A DNA stretch of 64,000 nt from an uncultured bacterium (lineage in GTDB: Bacteria; Babelota; Babeliae; Babelales; Vermiphilaceae), in NCBI GenBank assembly GCA_963702025.1, contig OY969699.1, positions 128,001 to 192,000 of the forward strand. The letters are read 5' to 3'. The notes under the pieces are model-generated. The model searched no databases and had not been told where the DNA came from. It worked only from the letters and a program-made list of their open reading frames with translations. A program made the position numbers and the translations under genes. Positions 49,698 to 60,500 of this stretch are shown piece by piece (positions within the stretch are counted from its first letter, which is position 1; each line of letters starts with the position of its first letter).

Positions 49698-50219
49698 TCA
49701 AATTGTTTGCTCAATAAGTGTAACAACCTGATTAATTTTCTCATCCAGCATAGTGGAGTCTTCATTAAATTTTTCAAGCACGTAATTTGGAACATCTTCT
49801 TTTGCCAAAGGACGACCGATGCCAAATCTTAGACGTGCAAATTGATCACCACAAGCAGAAATAATAGATTTCAGACCATTATGACCACGAGCACTGCCGC
49901 CAACGCGCATTTTAACAACGCCAAAAGGCTGCTCCAATTCATCATGCACCACTAAAATATTTTCTGGCTTAATCCCCTGCTTGAGTAATGCGGGAATAAC
50001 TTTGCCCGAATCATTCATGAAAGTTTGGGGCTTTATCAAGAGTATTTGTTTGCCATTAAACGGCATTATTGCCACTTCCATATTACTTTTGGTCTGCCAA
50101 GAAAGATGATGGCGATTGGCAAGGGTATCCAAAATACGAAAGCCAATATTGTGACGGGTATAATAATAACGAGGGCCGGGATTCCCCAGCCCTATAATTA
50201 CTTTAATATCTAAATTCAT
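49698..50219 (-). CDS. pth: Peptidyl-tRNA hydrolase
   Basis: IIGLGNPG..Y..TRHNIGF, KPQTFMNDSG, VVHDEL, GHNGLKSI, RLRFGIGRP. Confidence 0.97.
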   Translation of the reverse strand: MNLDIKVIIGLGNPGPRYYYTRHNIGFRILDTLANRHHLSWQTKSNMEVAIMPFNGKQILLIKPQTFMNDSGKVIPALLKQGIKPENILVVHDELEQPFGVVKMRVGGSARGHNGLKSIISACGDQFARLRFGIGRPLAKEDVPNYVLEKFNEDSTMLDEKINQVVTLIEQTI

Positions 50220-50848
50220 TATGCAGCTTTTGTTGCCGGTTTAGGGGCCGCTACAGCTTTGCTTTTTGCCAGCGTTGTTTTTTGTTCATGCTTTTGATTA
50301 GCGAGTTTCATAACATCAGCAGTTGCATCGAGTCCTGCTTTTTTATAAATAACTCTGCCGCTGCTTTCATCAAGAACCATATAGAGATTTTTCTCTTTTG
50401 CCCAATCAGAAACCACTTGCACAAGATCAGCATACAGAGGTTGCATAAGACGCATCTCTTCCATTTGCAAATCGTTGCGGCCATCTTGCACAATTCGTTG
50501 CAACTTAGCGTTCAACTCACCTTTTTTATATTCAAGATCTCTAATTTTCTTTTCTGAATCCGCTTGTGCTTGGGAACTAGCCACCGCTTTTTGTTTCATA
50601 ATATCGGCGCGAATTCTTTGTTGTTCATCTTCAATATTTTTTAACTCTGCCATAATTTGCTTGGCTTCTGCTTCTAAAGAAGCGGACAATTTTTGCAACT
50701 GACCAATAGCTTCTTGGCCAAGTTTAGATTCCATCACCAAGCTTTGAAGGTTAACAGTACGTACCTTATCTTCCAAATTAAAATCTCCGCGTAATGCTGT
50801 CATGCTGCACAGAACAGTTAATGACAGTAACATATTTTTTAGTTTCAT
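50219..50848 (-). CDS. skp: OmpH/Skp periplasmic chaperone
   Basis: Signal peptide, KVRTVNLQ strand, long coiled coil, AKEKNLYMVLD...DATADV C-terminus. Confidence 0.75.
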   Translation of the reverse strand: MKLKNMLLSLTVLCSMTALRGDFNLEDKVRTVNLQSLVMESKLGQEAIGQLQKLSASLEAEAKQIMAELKNIEDEQQRIRADIMKQKAVASSQAQADSEKKIRDLEYKKGELNAKLQRIVQDGRNDLQMEEMRLMQPLYADLVQVVSDWAKEKNLYMVLDESSGRVIYKKAGLDATADVMKLANQKHEQKTTLAKSKAVAAPKPATKAA

Positions 50849-50925
50849 ATGTGCCTCTTGAAAAAAAAATGGTTTTTAGGATGACTTTTATGCTTACTTT
50901 CACTCTACCCAAAGCTATAAAATAG

Positions 50926-53607
50926 TCAATCAAGCCTTGAACGAACAACCCATTTTCGTGTCTCTTCAGTCCATAATACTGTTGATGCAACCAATACACA
51001 AAAAAGCCATTGATAGATATTGAGCCCGGTAGTCATAAAGATCTTCTGGAAAAAGGGGATATAGAGGACCAAAATCTGCAAAATAAATATCACAAAAGTA
51101 GCAATGATGAGCCAATAATTACCCCTCAGCCCCATGCTAAAAACAGATTTAGTCTCCGATCTACAGTTCCACGCATTAAACCATTGAAATAATACCAGGG
51201 TGGTTAATGTCATTGCCCGGGCAAGAGGTAGATTAATGCCGCTATAAAGAATAAACATACCCAAAGAACCTATGGCCATTGGAAGGGCAGCAAAGAACAT
51301 TTTGCCAACCATTGGCCCATCAATGAGGCTTATTTTTTTTCTTTTGAGCCAACTCTGCTCCGATAAAAGCCCCTTTTCTTGCTGTTCCATGGCAAGAGCG
51401 CTATCCAAAAACCCATCGCTGATAAGATTAAGCCACAAAATCTGTGCCGCAGTAAGTGGAAAAATCAAATGCCAATGGGGATAGATTAGCGCAACAAAAA
51501 ATGCACCAATAATAATAAGAATTTCAGCTACATTAGTTGAAAAGAAATATAAGATAACACGCCGCAACGTGTAGAGAATATGCCTTCCCTCTTGAATGCC
51601 ATTTAAAATATTAGAAACAGAATCATCTAACAAAATAATGTCGGCAGCCTCTTTTGCCACTTGCGTGCCCACTTTTCCCATTGCTATGCCGATATCGGCC
51701 GCAACTAATGAAGGCGCATCATTAACCCCATCACCGGTCATGGCAACTACCAGATCATTTGCATGGAGCGCTTTGATAATGCGTAGTTTTTGATCCGGAT
51801 CAACGCGAGAAAATACCGTAGTGTGCATAATCGCTTCATTTAATTGGTCATCATTCAGAGTAGCAAGTTCTGCGCCATCAATCGCCTCATCACCTTCTGC
51901 ATAAATACCGGCATACTTAGCAGTTGAAAGAGCCGTCCACTGATGGTCACCGGTTGCCATAATAACATGAAACCCGGCATTTCTCGCCTTTTTTATAGTA
52001 TGAATCGCATCCGAACGCAATGAGTCTTCAATACCAAATAAACCTAAAAATCGCAGTCCGTTTTTTACTTCTTGATTAAAATCAAATACTGTTTCTTTTT
52101 CAATTTTTTTTAGTTCAAACTCTTTGGTGGCACAGCAAATTACTCGCAGTCCTTGGGCCAATAGACTGCGTAACGCACTATTGGTTGCTTCATTAATATC
52201 CGACCGTTTGCCTATAAGTTCAGGCGAACCGGTAACAAAAACTATTCCTTTACCCCGATAATTATAAAAAGAAGCATGATACCCATGTGAAGAACCAAAA
52301 GGAATCTCATGGATTTTTTTATAGTCCTGTTCTAATTTTTCGAGGACCACTCCCAATTTTTGCGCAAAAACAAAAAGTGCCGCTTCGGTGGGATCCCCTT
52401 TAATTTCAAATGTTCCTCGCTCAGAAACCAAGGTGATCGTTGCCGTGTTTAAAAGATTTGCGGCAACAGCAAGCTGCCAAAGATCCGAATCGGGCATCAC
52501 CGTGATCGGCTCATTATCATGCAAAAGGTGGCCCTCAGCATAATAGCCCTTGCCGGTTACATGATAGGTTTTTCCACCACCATAGACAGTGCTCACGATC
52601 ATTTCATTGCGTGTTAAAGTACCAGTTTTATCAATAACAAGAGCATGCGCATGACCCAACCCTTCAACTGCTTGCATGTTTTTTATGAGTACCTGCTTTT
52701 TTGCCATCCGATAAACACCGGTAACCAGGACCAATGTTAAAACGACCGGTAATCCTTCAGGAATTACACAAATAAAGAGTGCCGTAAGCATCACGATAAG
52801 CTCTTTGGGAGATTGCCCAATCCACATGCCCAGAGAAAAAAGCATTAAACAAACAACAAAAATAAAAATAATAATCCACCAGGCAATCTTGCGCATCTCG
52901 TGCGCCAAGGGTACCTCCGTTTCAATTTCATGCAATGAACGTTGAATTTTCCCTCTCTGTGTTGCACTACCAATTGCAATAACCAGTGCCTTTGCCCATC
53001 CGCTCACTACCCAGGTTCCGGCATATGCCATATTGTGGCGATCAGCAAGCTGTTTTTTTTCTACTATGAGGTCAGCGCTCTTAAGAGCCGGCTCCGATTC
53101 TCCGGTTAATGATGATTCATCAATGCGCAACTCATACGCCTCTAAAATTCGCACATCGGCAGGCACCTGTTGTCCTTCTTGCAAAAGTATAATGTCGCCC
53201 GGCAGCAGATCTTTTGCCGCAATCAGGATTCTTTTGCCATTCCTGATAACCACACACTCTTGCTCAAAAAAATGTTTAAGGTTCACTAAAATATTCTGCG
53301 TTCTACTTTCCTGAATGGTGCCAATAAAACTATTAAATAATAAAATGCCGGCAATAATATAGGCATCGCGTGGATCATCGCCGAGAAAAAAAATAAGTAA
53401 CGCCGCGATGAGCAATAAATAAATCAATGGGCTTGCAAATTGAGAGAAAAAAATCCAAATCCAGTTTTGCCTTTTTTGATCAGGCACTGTGTTGTTTCCA
53501 AATTTTTTCTTTCGCGCAGCAATCTCTTTTGACGACAAACCATGATAAATATTGCTGGAATATTTATCAATTACTTCTTCTTGGCTCAGCTGATAAGGCT
53601 TTTTCAT
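50926..53607 (-). CDS. Cation-translocating P-type ATPase (type IIA, Ca2+-like)
   Basis: TGES, IPEGLP, DKTGTLT, KGDPTE, TGD, MTGDGVNDAP, QILWLNL motifs. Confidence 0.95.
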   Translation of the reverse strand: MKKPYQLSQEEVIDKYSSNIYHGLSSKEIAARKKKFGNNTVPDQKRQNWIWIFFSQFASPLIYLLLIAALLIFFLGDDPRDAYIIAGILLFNSFIGTIQESRTQNILVNLKHFFEQECVVIRNGKRILIAAKDLLPGDIILLQEGQQVPADVRILEAYELRIDESSLTGESEPALKSADLIVEKKQLADRHNMAYAGTWVVSGWAKALVIAIGSATQRGKIQRSLHEIETEVPLAHEMRKIAWWIIIFIFVVCLMLFSLGMWIGQSPKELIVMLTALFICVIPEGLPVVLTLVLVTGVYRMAKKQVLIKNMQAVEGLGHAHALVIDKTGTLTRNEMIVSTVYGGGKTYHVTGKGYYAEGHLLHDNEPITVMPDSDLWQLAVAANLLNTATITLVSERGTFEIKGDPTEAALFVFAQKLGVVLEKLEQDYKKIHEIPFGSSHGYHASFYNYRGKGIVFVTGSPELIGKRSDINEATNSALRSLLAQGLRVICCATKEFELKKIEKETVFDFNQEVKNGLRFLGLFGIEDSLRSDAIHTIKKARNAGFHVIMATGDHQWTALSTAKYAGIYAEGDEAIDGAELATLNDDQLNEAIMHTTVFSRVDPDQKLRIIKALHANDLVVAMTGDGVNDAPSLVAADIGIAMGKVGTQVAKEAADIILLDDSVSNILNGIQEGRHILYTLRRVILYFFSTNVAEILIIIGAFFVALIYPHWHLIFPLTAAQILWLNLISDGFLDSALAMEQQEKGLLSEQSWLKRKKISLIDGPMVGKMFFAALPMAIGSLGMFILYSGINLPLARAMTLTTLVLFQWFNAWNCRSETKSVFSMGLRGNYWLIIATFVIFILQILVLYIPFFQKIFMTTGLNIYQWLFCVLVASTVLWTEETRKWVVRSRLD

Positions 53608-54040
53608 ACTAATTTTTTATACTTTCTATTACTTTCGTGGCCATGATATAAAAATGCAAAATACATCTCAATGAATCACTAACCGTTACTAATTGAACTG
53701 CATAATGGTATGAAATTTATTGAAGAACATCAATATAGAGAGATAGGACGCGGGAGAAAATGTCCATTTTTTAGTTCACCCCACTCCCCTTCAGAGTCTT
53801 CCATCGCATGTCGCCTCCCGCGTACATAAATTACAGAGTCTCAATTACTTTACGCCAATAGAAGATATTTTTGCAAAGAGTTTAAAAATTTGATGAGATA
53901 TGAAGCAAACAACGGCTATATTGATGATTTTTGCGAAGTAGAATAATTGATAGTAAAGAAAACATCGTTGAAATTTTTCGATAAAATTAATAATACTCAA
54001 GGTGATATTATTAAATTATTTTCCAAAAGAAAGAATTGGT

Positions 54041-54313
54041 ATGAAAAAAATTATCATGTTACTGTCACTTACAATAATTACTACCTCTTTTATGCATGCC
54101 ATTTGTAAAAAACCGGATAAAGGCCATGTTGACCCAAATATTGTCCACTGCCCATATACCCAAGAAGATATAAATCGTTGTTATTGCAAAAAAGGAACTT
54201 GCTATACTGACTTTCAAAAAAGAAATGAATGTTTTTTTTGCAGCTGCCCTAAAAGCGAACATACCACCAAAGAAATCCCAAAAAAACAAAAGAAAAGAAG
54301 ACGCATATATTAA
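54041..54313 (+). CDS. Small secreted Cys/His-rich protein with basic C-terminal tail
   Basis: Start MKKIIMLL at 54041; 8 Cys including CFFCSCPKSEH; ends PKKQKKRRRIY. Confidence 0.65.
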   Translation: MKKIIMLLSLTIITTSFMHAICKKPDKGHVDPNIVHCPYTQEDINRCYCKKGTCYTDFQKRNECFFCSCPKSEHTTKEIPKKQKKRRRIY

Positions 54314-54331
54314 TATTTTATAATGCAATGC

Positions 54332-54481
54332 AGTCCGTCTACGCTTTCACTTCGTTGGTATCAATTACTAAAGAAGCTTCTGCTTCGCCGGACAGCCTAC
54401 GCTTAGTTCTACCAATATCAAATTATATCTATATCAATCCTTTAAAAAAATGGCCGTGCCAGCCGAAGCCTTGGCGTAGGC
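54332..54481. repeat. REP-like cluster abutting the tmRNA 3' end
   Basis: gcctacgccaaggcttcggc (on -) immediately after tmRNA, same as 63898-63917; tccgtctacgct...gcttcgccggac resembles 36762-36789 reversed. Confidence 0.65.
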
Positions 54482-54838
54482 TGGAGGCGATGGGAGTTGA
54501 ACCCATGTCCGTTCTGTATCCTACTAAAAGCCACTACATGCTTAGCCTCTGTTTATACTCTTCTATCATCCCAGAGACAGGGTTTAATAAAAGAGGCCCG
54601 GTGCGTGATACCTCTCAAGCTACTCACTATGCAAAGCCTTACTTGAGTGTTCTATCTTGTTGATACGAGTTAGCGCAACTGATAGACACGTTATGCTAAC
54701 AAGCGCTCTTTGCTTACGCTTGAGCGGCAACTACAGGAGTTGCATTTCTTGTTTTGACCAATTGTTTAACGAGCACTTAGTCAACGCTCGGCATGCTCTT
54801 TTGGTATTCAACAGCTCGTCGAAACCAAATACGCCCCC
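54482..54838 (-). ncRNA. ssrA: tmRNA (SsrA), predicted tag (A)ATPVVAAQA
   Basis: 5' GGGGGCGTATTTGGTTTCGAC; 3' T-arm GGACATGGGTTCAACTCCCATCGCCTCCA with G3.U70 acceptor stem; tag ORF 54743-54714 after AAAT-GCA. Confidence 0.93.
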
Positions 54839-55043
54839 AAAATTTCAAAGAATCGCTATTAAATTATACTATAACAGTAATATTTCCCGTTTGTCAAAAT
54901 TGCGACTAAGAAGGACCCTTTTTTGTGCAAAAGATTTATTAAATCAATGTTATTTTGCTTTTTTTAAATTTGTGATTGCTGTTTTTACAAAAATTCACGT
55001 AATATGATAATAAGATCATCAAATTTCATTAAAAAGTGATGGC

Positions 55044-56186
55044 ATGTTTAACAGAATTTTAAAATTACCTCTTAATGGCACCAGCAGTATTTTCTTATTT
55101 GGCCCCCGAGGAACCGGCAAAACATCATGGATCAAAGCCCATATGCCTGATGCCCTTTATCTTGACCTTCTGGATTTTTCATTATACAGTTCACTTTCAG
55201 CAGCTCCCGATCGGTTAGAAACCCTTATTCCAAAAGGGTTTGATGGCTGGATTGTTCTTGATGAAGTGCAACGGGTGCCTGAACTACTCAACGAGGTTCA
55301 TCGCTTAATTGAAAGCAAAAAACTCCGATTTTTACTCACCGGCTCAAGTGCCCGCAGTCTCAAACGAAAAGGGGTGAACCTTCTTGCGGGTCGAGCATTA
55401 CGATATACCATGCATCCGTTAACGGTACAAGAAATTGGTTCTCATTTTGATTTGGCACATGCGGTGCAATTTGGCATGTTACCAACCGCCGTTACCCATG
55501 AAGATCCCAAAAAATATTTAGAAAGCTATGTGCAAACCTATTTGCGCGAAGAGGTGTTGCAAGAGGGCATTTTGCGCAATGTGGGAACTTTTGCACGATT
55601 TTTAGAAATAGCCAGTTTTTCTCAGGGTAATTTAGTTAATTATTCAGAAATTGGGCGCGAGCTGGGACTTAATCGTCTGAGCGTTGCGAACAATTTTGAA
55701 ATACTTGATGACCTCTTGCTTTCCATCAGAATCGATCCATTCACGCAGCGCGCCAAACGCAAAATGGTTGCTCATCAAAAATTTTATTTCTTTGATGCCG
55801 GGGTTTATAGGGCAATACGCCCCATGGGCCCTCTTGACTCGCCCGAAGAATCTGACGGCGCTGCGCTCGAAACACTCTTTTTGCAGTCGCTTTGCGCGAT
55901 TAATGATTATTATGAGCTGGGATACACTATCTATTTTTGGCGCACCGCAAGCGGCACAGAAGTGGATTTTATTTTGTATGGGCCGCGAGGCATTCATGCT
56001 TTTGAAATCAAACGCTCAAGCACGGTACAAAATAAAGCGCTCAAGGGATTAAAGGATTTCCATGAAGATTACCCGGAAGCAAAATTACACTTTGTATTTG
56101 GCGGTAAAAATAAAGAATATCATGGCGACATTCAAGCCATTCCGTTTGAACAAGCACTAAGAGAATTGCCACAATTGCTTGGATAG
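55044..56186 (+). CDS. AAA+ ATPase, AAA_14/DUF4143 family
   Basis: GPRGTGKT, VLDEVQ, KFYFFDAG, EVDF...AFEIK. Confidence 0.9.
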   Translation: MFNRILKLPLNGTSSIFLFGPRGTGKTSWIKAHMPDALYLDLLDFSLYSSLSAAPDRLETLIPKGFDGWIVLDEVQRVPELLNEVHRLIESKKLRFLLTGSSARSLKRKGVNLLAGRALRYTMHPLTVQEIGSHFDLAHAVQFGMLPTAVTHEDPKKYLESYVQTYLREEVLQEGILRNVGTFARFLEIASFSQGNLVNYSEIGRELGLNRLSVANNFEILDDLLLSIRIDPFTQRAKRKMVAHQKFYFFDAGVYRAIRPMGPLDSPEESDGAALETLFLQSLCAINDYYELGYTIYFWRTASGTEVDFILYGPRGIHAFEIKRSSTVQNKALKGLKDFHEDYPEAKLHFVFGGKNKEYHGDIQAIPFEQALRELPQLLG

Positions 56187-56202
56187 AGATAGTTTTACCG
56201 GA

Positions 56203-56505
56203 TTATTTTGATTTTGAAATCGAACTCAAGCTCATATCAATCTTTTTGCCAATCACCGCAGCAGCTTTATTTAAAGTAAGCAGTGTTACTGAGTAATTTT
56301 TTGGATCCATGAGCCTTTTTAATCCTGATCTGCTTGTCCCTAATTGTTTTGCCATCTCATCTTGAGTAAGGTGTTTTTTCTTCATGTGTTCTTTTAAGTT
56401 GCGCGCTATAACAGTTTTTACAGCGGCAGCATTAACTTCTTCTAAAATTCCTGCTTCCTCAAGAAAACTTTCGAAGCTTGATCCGATATGTTTGCTTTTT
56501 TTCAT
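56203..56505 (-). CDS. XRE/HTH protein, antitoxin-like
   Basis: KHIGSSFESFLEE N-terminus and LTQDEMAKQLGTSRS...VTLLTL HTH. Confidence 0.85.
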   Translation of the reverse strand: MKKSKHIGSSFESFLEEAGILEEVNAAAVKTVIARNLKEHMKKKHLTQDEMAKQLGTSRSGLKRLMDPKNYSVTLLTLNKAAAVIGKKIDMSLSSISKSK

Positions 56506-56520
56506 ATAATCCTATGAAGA

Positions 56521-56829
56521 TTAATTATGCGCAGGATTAACTGAAAGATTTAAATTTAAGGCATGTATAATTGCTTTGATGCTTGACCATCGCGGATTAC
56601 CTTTTAAAGAAAGAATTCTATAAAGATTTACTCGATCGAGTTTAGTCATATCTGCTAGATCAGAGATATCTCCACCTCGAGCATCAAGAACATCTTTTAA
56701 AGCAAGTAAAAAAACGCGATCATCTTCATCCTTAAGAGCCGCATTCAAATAAGCAAGTGCTTCCTTTGGATCTTGAAGTTTTTCGAATAAATATTCTTTA
56801 AAATCTCTGTGTTGTTTTTTTTGTGCCAT
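56521..56829 (-). CDS. Putative addiction-module antidote (HI1420-like HTH)
   Basis: LQDPKEALAYLNAAL...FLLALKDV..ARGG...LYRILS.KGNP. Confidence 0.88.
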   Translation of the reverse strand: MAQKKQHRDFKEYLFEKLQDPKEALAYLNAALKDEDDRVFLLALKDVLDARGGDISDLADMTKLDRVNLYRILSLKGNPRWSSIKAIIHALNLNLSVNPAHN

Positions 56830-56830
56830 A

Positions 56831-57160
56831 TTATTCCTCTTGATACGCTACCCAATATTGTTCTGCTTTTTCTATGTCTCTGCGCTGGGTTCGTTTAGTT
56901 CCCCCATTTAGAAGTATTACAATCATTAATGATTTTTTTCCATAATAAATCCGATAGCCAGGCCTTGGTCTATAACGATCTCACAAATTCCAGATTTGCT
57001 TCCCGTAACTGGTTTGCAACTTTGAAAATTACCAAGCCTCAGCCGCGCAATTCTTGCATTTATGATACTGCGATCTGTAAAATCTAGATCCTCTAATCAT
57101 TCAGCTTAAAGGCTCTTTCCCCGAGTTAGTCTTATAAGTGATTGTTTTTATCATACTCAT
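56831..57160 (-). pseudogene. Frameshifted RelE-like addiction-module killer (HI1419-like)
   Basis: Manual translation across frameshifts: MSMIKTITYKTNSGKEP / ..LEDLDFTDRSIINARIARLRLGNFQSCKPV...EIVID / PGYRIYYG...ILLNGGTKRTQRRDIEKAEQYW. Confidence 0.85.
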
Positions 57161-57502
57161 ATAGATATGGTAGCTTATAAGCAACAATATTGTAAAGGAT
57201 AAAATAAAATTTTTTCTTTTTCGCTCTTTGATCCCTCTACCGGATTTGCCGACGCCGGGTCTACAAGGACGGAAAAGCAAGCGAGCCCTGGGGAAGCTTT
57301 AGCGAAGTAGCAAGTCTCAGCTTTTTTCACCCAAAAGCCAATAATGCGCCAAGCCAATTCCCCTATTGGATTTTCCGATAGCTTAAATCTAAAAAATGAA
57401 CATATAAAGGTTTTTGGGGCATATTGCTCATTGACAAATATGCAATAATGCATATAATTAGGGTATAATATACGTCAAATATATATAAAAATGAAGGTTA
57501 TT

Positions 57503-60500
57503 ATGAAATTTTCTATAAAAATCACCGTTTTCTTGTGCCTTATAGGTTTACAGGCATACGCAAGCGAAAAGCAAAGCAGTATTGCTCTGACCAGAGCACA
57601 GCAATTAATGGGTCACATAGCCCCCTCTGTTGATATTCCGGGAAACCTAAATTCTACTGCGCACCAGAGAATTGACGGGATTTTGGGCCATATTGCGCCT
57701 GAATTGCAAGAATATCCTTTTGACGTTGAATTAAATCAATGTGCCGGCATATCCCAAGATGCGATAGATATTTTTCAAAAAAGGCTCATTGAAAAAAAAG
57801 AAATAAAACTTCCTTTAAATACGATTATTGAATGGAACTTATCAGGAAATCACCAGTTTTTTATAGATTCGCTCAACGGTAAAAGTTCTGAAATCAACCC
57901 AACCCGCACCGCAATGGCTAAAAAATGGGTTCGCAATGCCTCTACTCGTATATTTAATGATCTCAACCGATCCTTCTTGGAGATTGTGGTTAATGCTTTT
58001 GACGCAATGTTACCCGAAGATCAATCGGTGGGCAAATTCGGCATGGGATTTTTCTCATTATTAAGCTTCTTGGATCTCATTGAAACGGATGGCGCAATTA
58101 TAGCCATAGATACCACTGCTTTGGATAAAAATGGAAAACCCTTCACCTTCACGATGCACATTGAAAAAAATACCGCTCAAGATATTTATGTAACTTTCAA
58201 ATTACAAGAAACACCGAACACACAAACAGGCTCTAAAATTGCTATTTTACCTAAAAATACAGCAAAATCCTTTTCCCCCGGAACGATAGAAAATATATAT
58301 CGCTACTTACATTTTTTACAGTTTTATGAAAATGGAACAATTAATCTGACCATTGAAAGAAATGGAACATTACAAAACGAAAAGTTATGCGCAGGAACCA
58401 ACACTACTGCTATTGCTCAAGTTGCACTAAGTTCACAAGAACTATCAGCCACCGATAAAGGAAGTGGTATCACCGTTCCTGTTGCCTTAACAAAACTGCT
58501 TGTTCCCAGCTCATCATCAAAAGGAAATATTAAGATAAAATCTTTAGAAGATGCAAAGAAAGAGGCACTCAATAACATCTCAAAGCCACAGCTGGTAAAC
58601 TTTAAAGGGAAAACGAAAGAAAATCTCAACTACTCACACTTCTTAATTAAAATTAATGGTGTTGTGGTAATTGCCATTCCTAATAAGCAAAAAGAAATAG
58701 AAAATCAGATTGTTGATTCAACCGGGCACATAAAAGATCTATTAATTTCCATGCCGCAAATTACGCAGTTAACCTTGGCACGTAATGAAATTTATATAAA
58801 CCCTGATGGCAAGAGCTTTGAAGAAACGTATTTAAAAAAGGTGATAGAAAACGCCATTAATACTATTTTATTAATTAATGATAGCACCGATCAAAAAACA
58901 TTGGTTGAAAATCAACTTCTCATCTCTGCATTATATAATGCCTTTGATTATTGGGAAAAACAGACGGCGGCCGAACACGTTAATGGGCTCTTTACCAGTT
59001 ATATAAAAGAAGTTCTTGCAAAATTATTAGAAAGCAAAAAAAATATTTTTCCGGTGCACCCGTTATTCTATTCGATGACAAAATCAATTTGTGATACGTT
59101 TTTAGGAACTACCAATCAACAGTGTACTTTGTTACCAATAGATGCCTCTATTGTTTCTTATAGTTATTCAAAATTAGAAAACTTTTTGAAAGCACAATTT
59201 TTAACCAAAGCATCAAAAATAGAAAATCCGACACATAAAAGTTTATTCTTAAAAGGTATTAATCAAGAGTTAATCGCGGGTAAAATTATCTTATTTGTAC
59301 CCGAAGATGTATTAAAAAATAAAACGGGAAAACCAACTATAACTGATGCCGGTTTACGCCAAACGTTATTTATACCAATTTCATTTTTACAACAAAGTAC
59401 AAACGAAGATGCTTTAACTAATAAAATTATTAACTATTTCACTCAAACAATCCTCAGTTCTTATAACAAGAATCCCGAAAATTCACATCAAAAAGTCTTT
59501 TTAATTAATAAAGATAAAGCGGGTGATTTTTACTGTAGCAGGCTCTATGATTTACCGAATGATAAAATTACCTTTTTAACTCAAAATCAATCCCAGCTCG
59601 CTGATGAATTTTTAAACACACATAAAGAACTAATAAAGAATTTGCAATTACCCGACGAAAATAGAAACTCTATACTCAGGTTTATTGAATGTTATGGCAA
59701 AGATTGTAAAGAAGCATTTCATCGGCATTCAGAGGATAATGAGAAGTTTGAATATAATATTGATATTTTTCATCCAGCCATAGCTACCGTTGACCATCTT
59801 GTTGTACAATTTAGGAAATTTTTTACCGCATTTAAAAATATACACAATGGACAAAGAGACGCACTATTAGAAGGCCCGTTTCGAGATGATGAATTTCCTC
59901 ATGTATTTTGTAAGATCTTAGAAAACACCATTTTTTTTGATGAAGCAACGAATACATTTCACAAGTTTGATAATGCAAAAGCAAAAAGACTATTTATTAA
60001 CGAATTCAGAACAAACCAAGCTTTCAAAGAACTAGCTCAGCTCAATGCTCCTGAATATTTTTCCAGAAGATTTGAGGCAGAGGCTAAACCTTTGTTATTG
60101 AAACTGATAAAAGACAATAATTTATTAGGTGAAAAAATTAATTCGTTGAATCTGGTGAATTTTATATTTTATAAGCTGCTTCAGAATAGTGAATTAAGGA
60201 CTCGTGACTATATACTTGAATATAATCATAATATCGAAATATTCCCTAAATTAGATAAAAACCTGATTGCTTTAGAAAATCTATTTCTATCATTAGTATC
60301 AAGAAAAAATTATGAAAACTTTTATTGGCGTAATTATGTAGAACCGATTTTATCTAAAAATATTAGCGTGCAATCGAAGGGGTTAAATAAAGAACTGGTG
60401 CGCAAAGCGATTACAGAAAAATTAGAAGAAATTCCGGTCAGTCTCGAATATCAAAATACATTAACAGCGAGTATCGAGAATTTAAATATTCCTTCCACGT

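Noticed and set aside
53800..54500. Integrative element at the tmRNA 3' end
   Set aside because: No integrase in the window; the ccatcgc/tcgcctcc similarity at 53.8 kb is short and in the wrong orientation for an att duplication.
54328..55007. ORFs 54328-54663 and 54657-55007
   Set aside because: Antisense to tmRNA and REP sequence.
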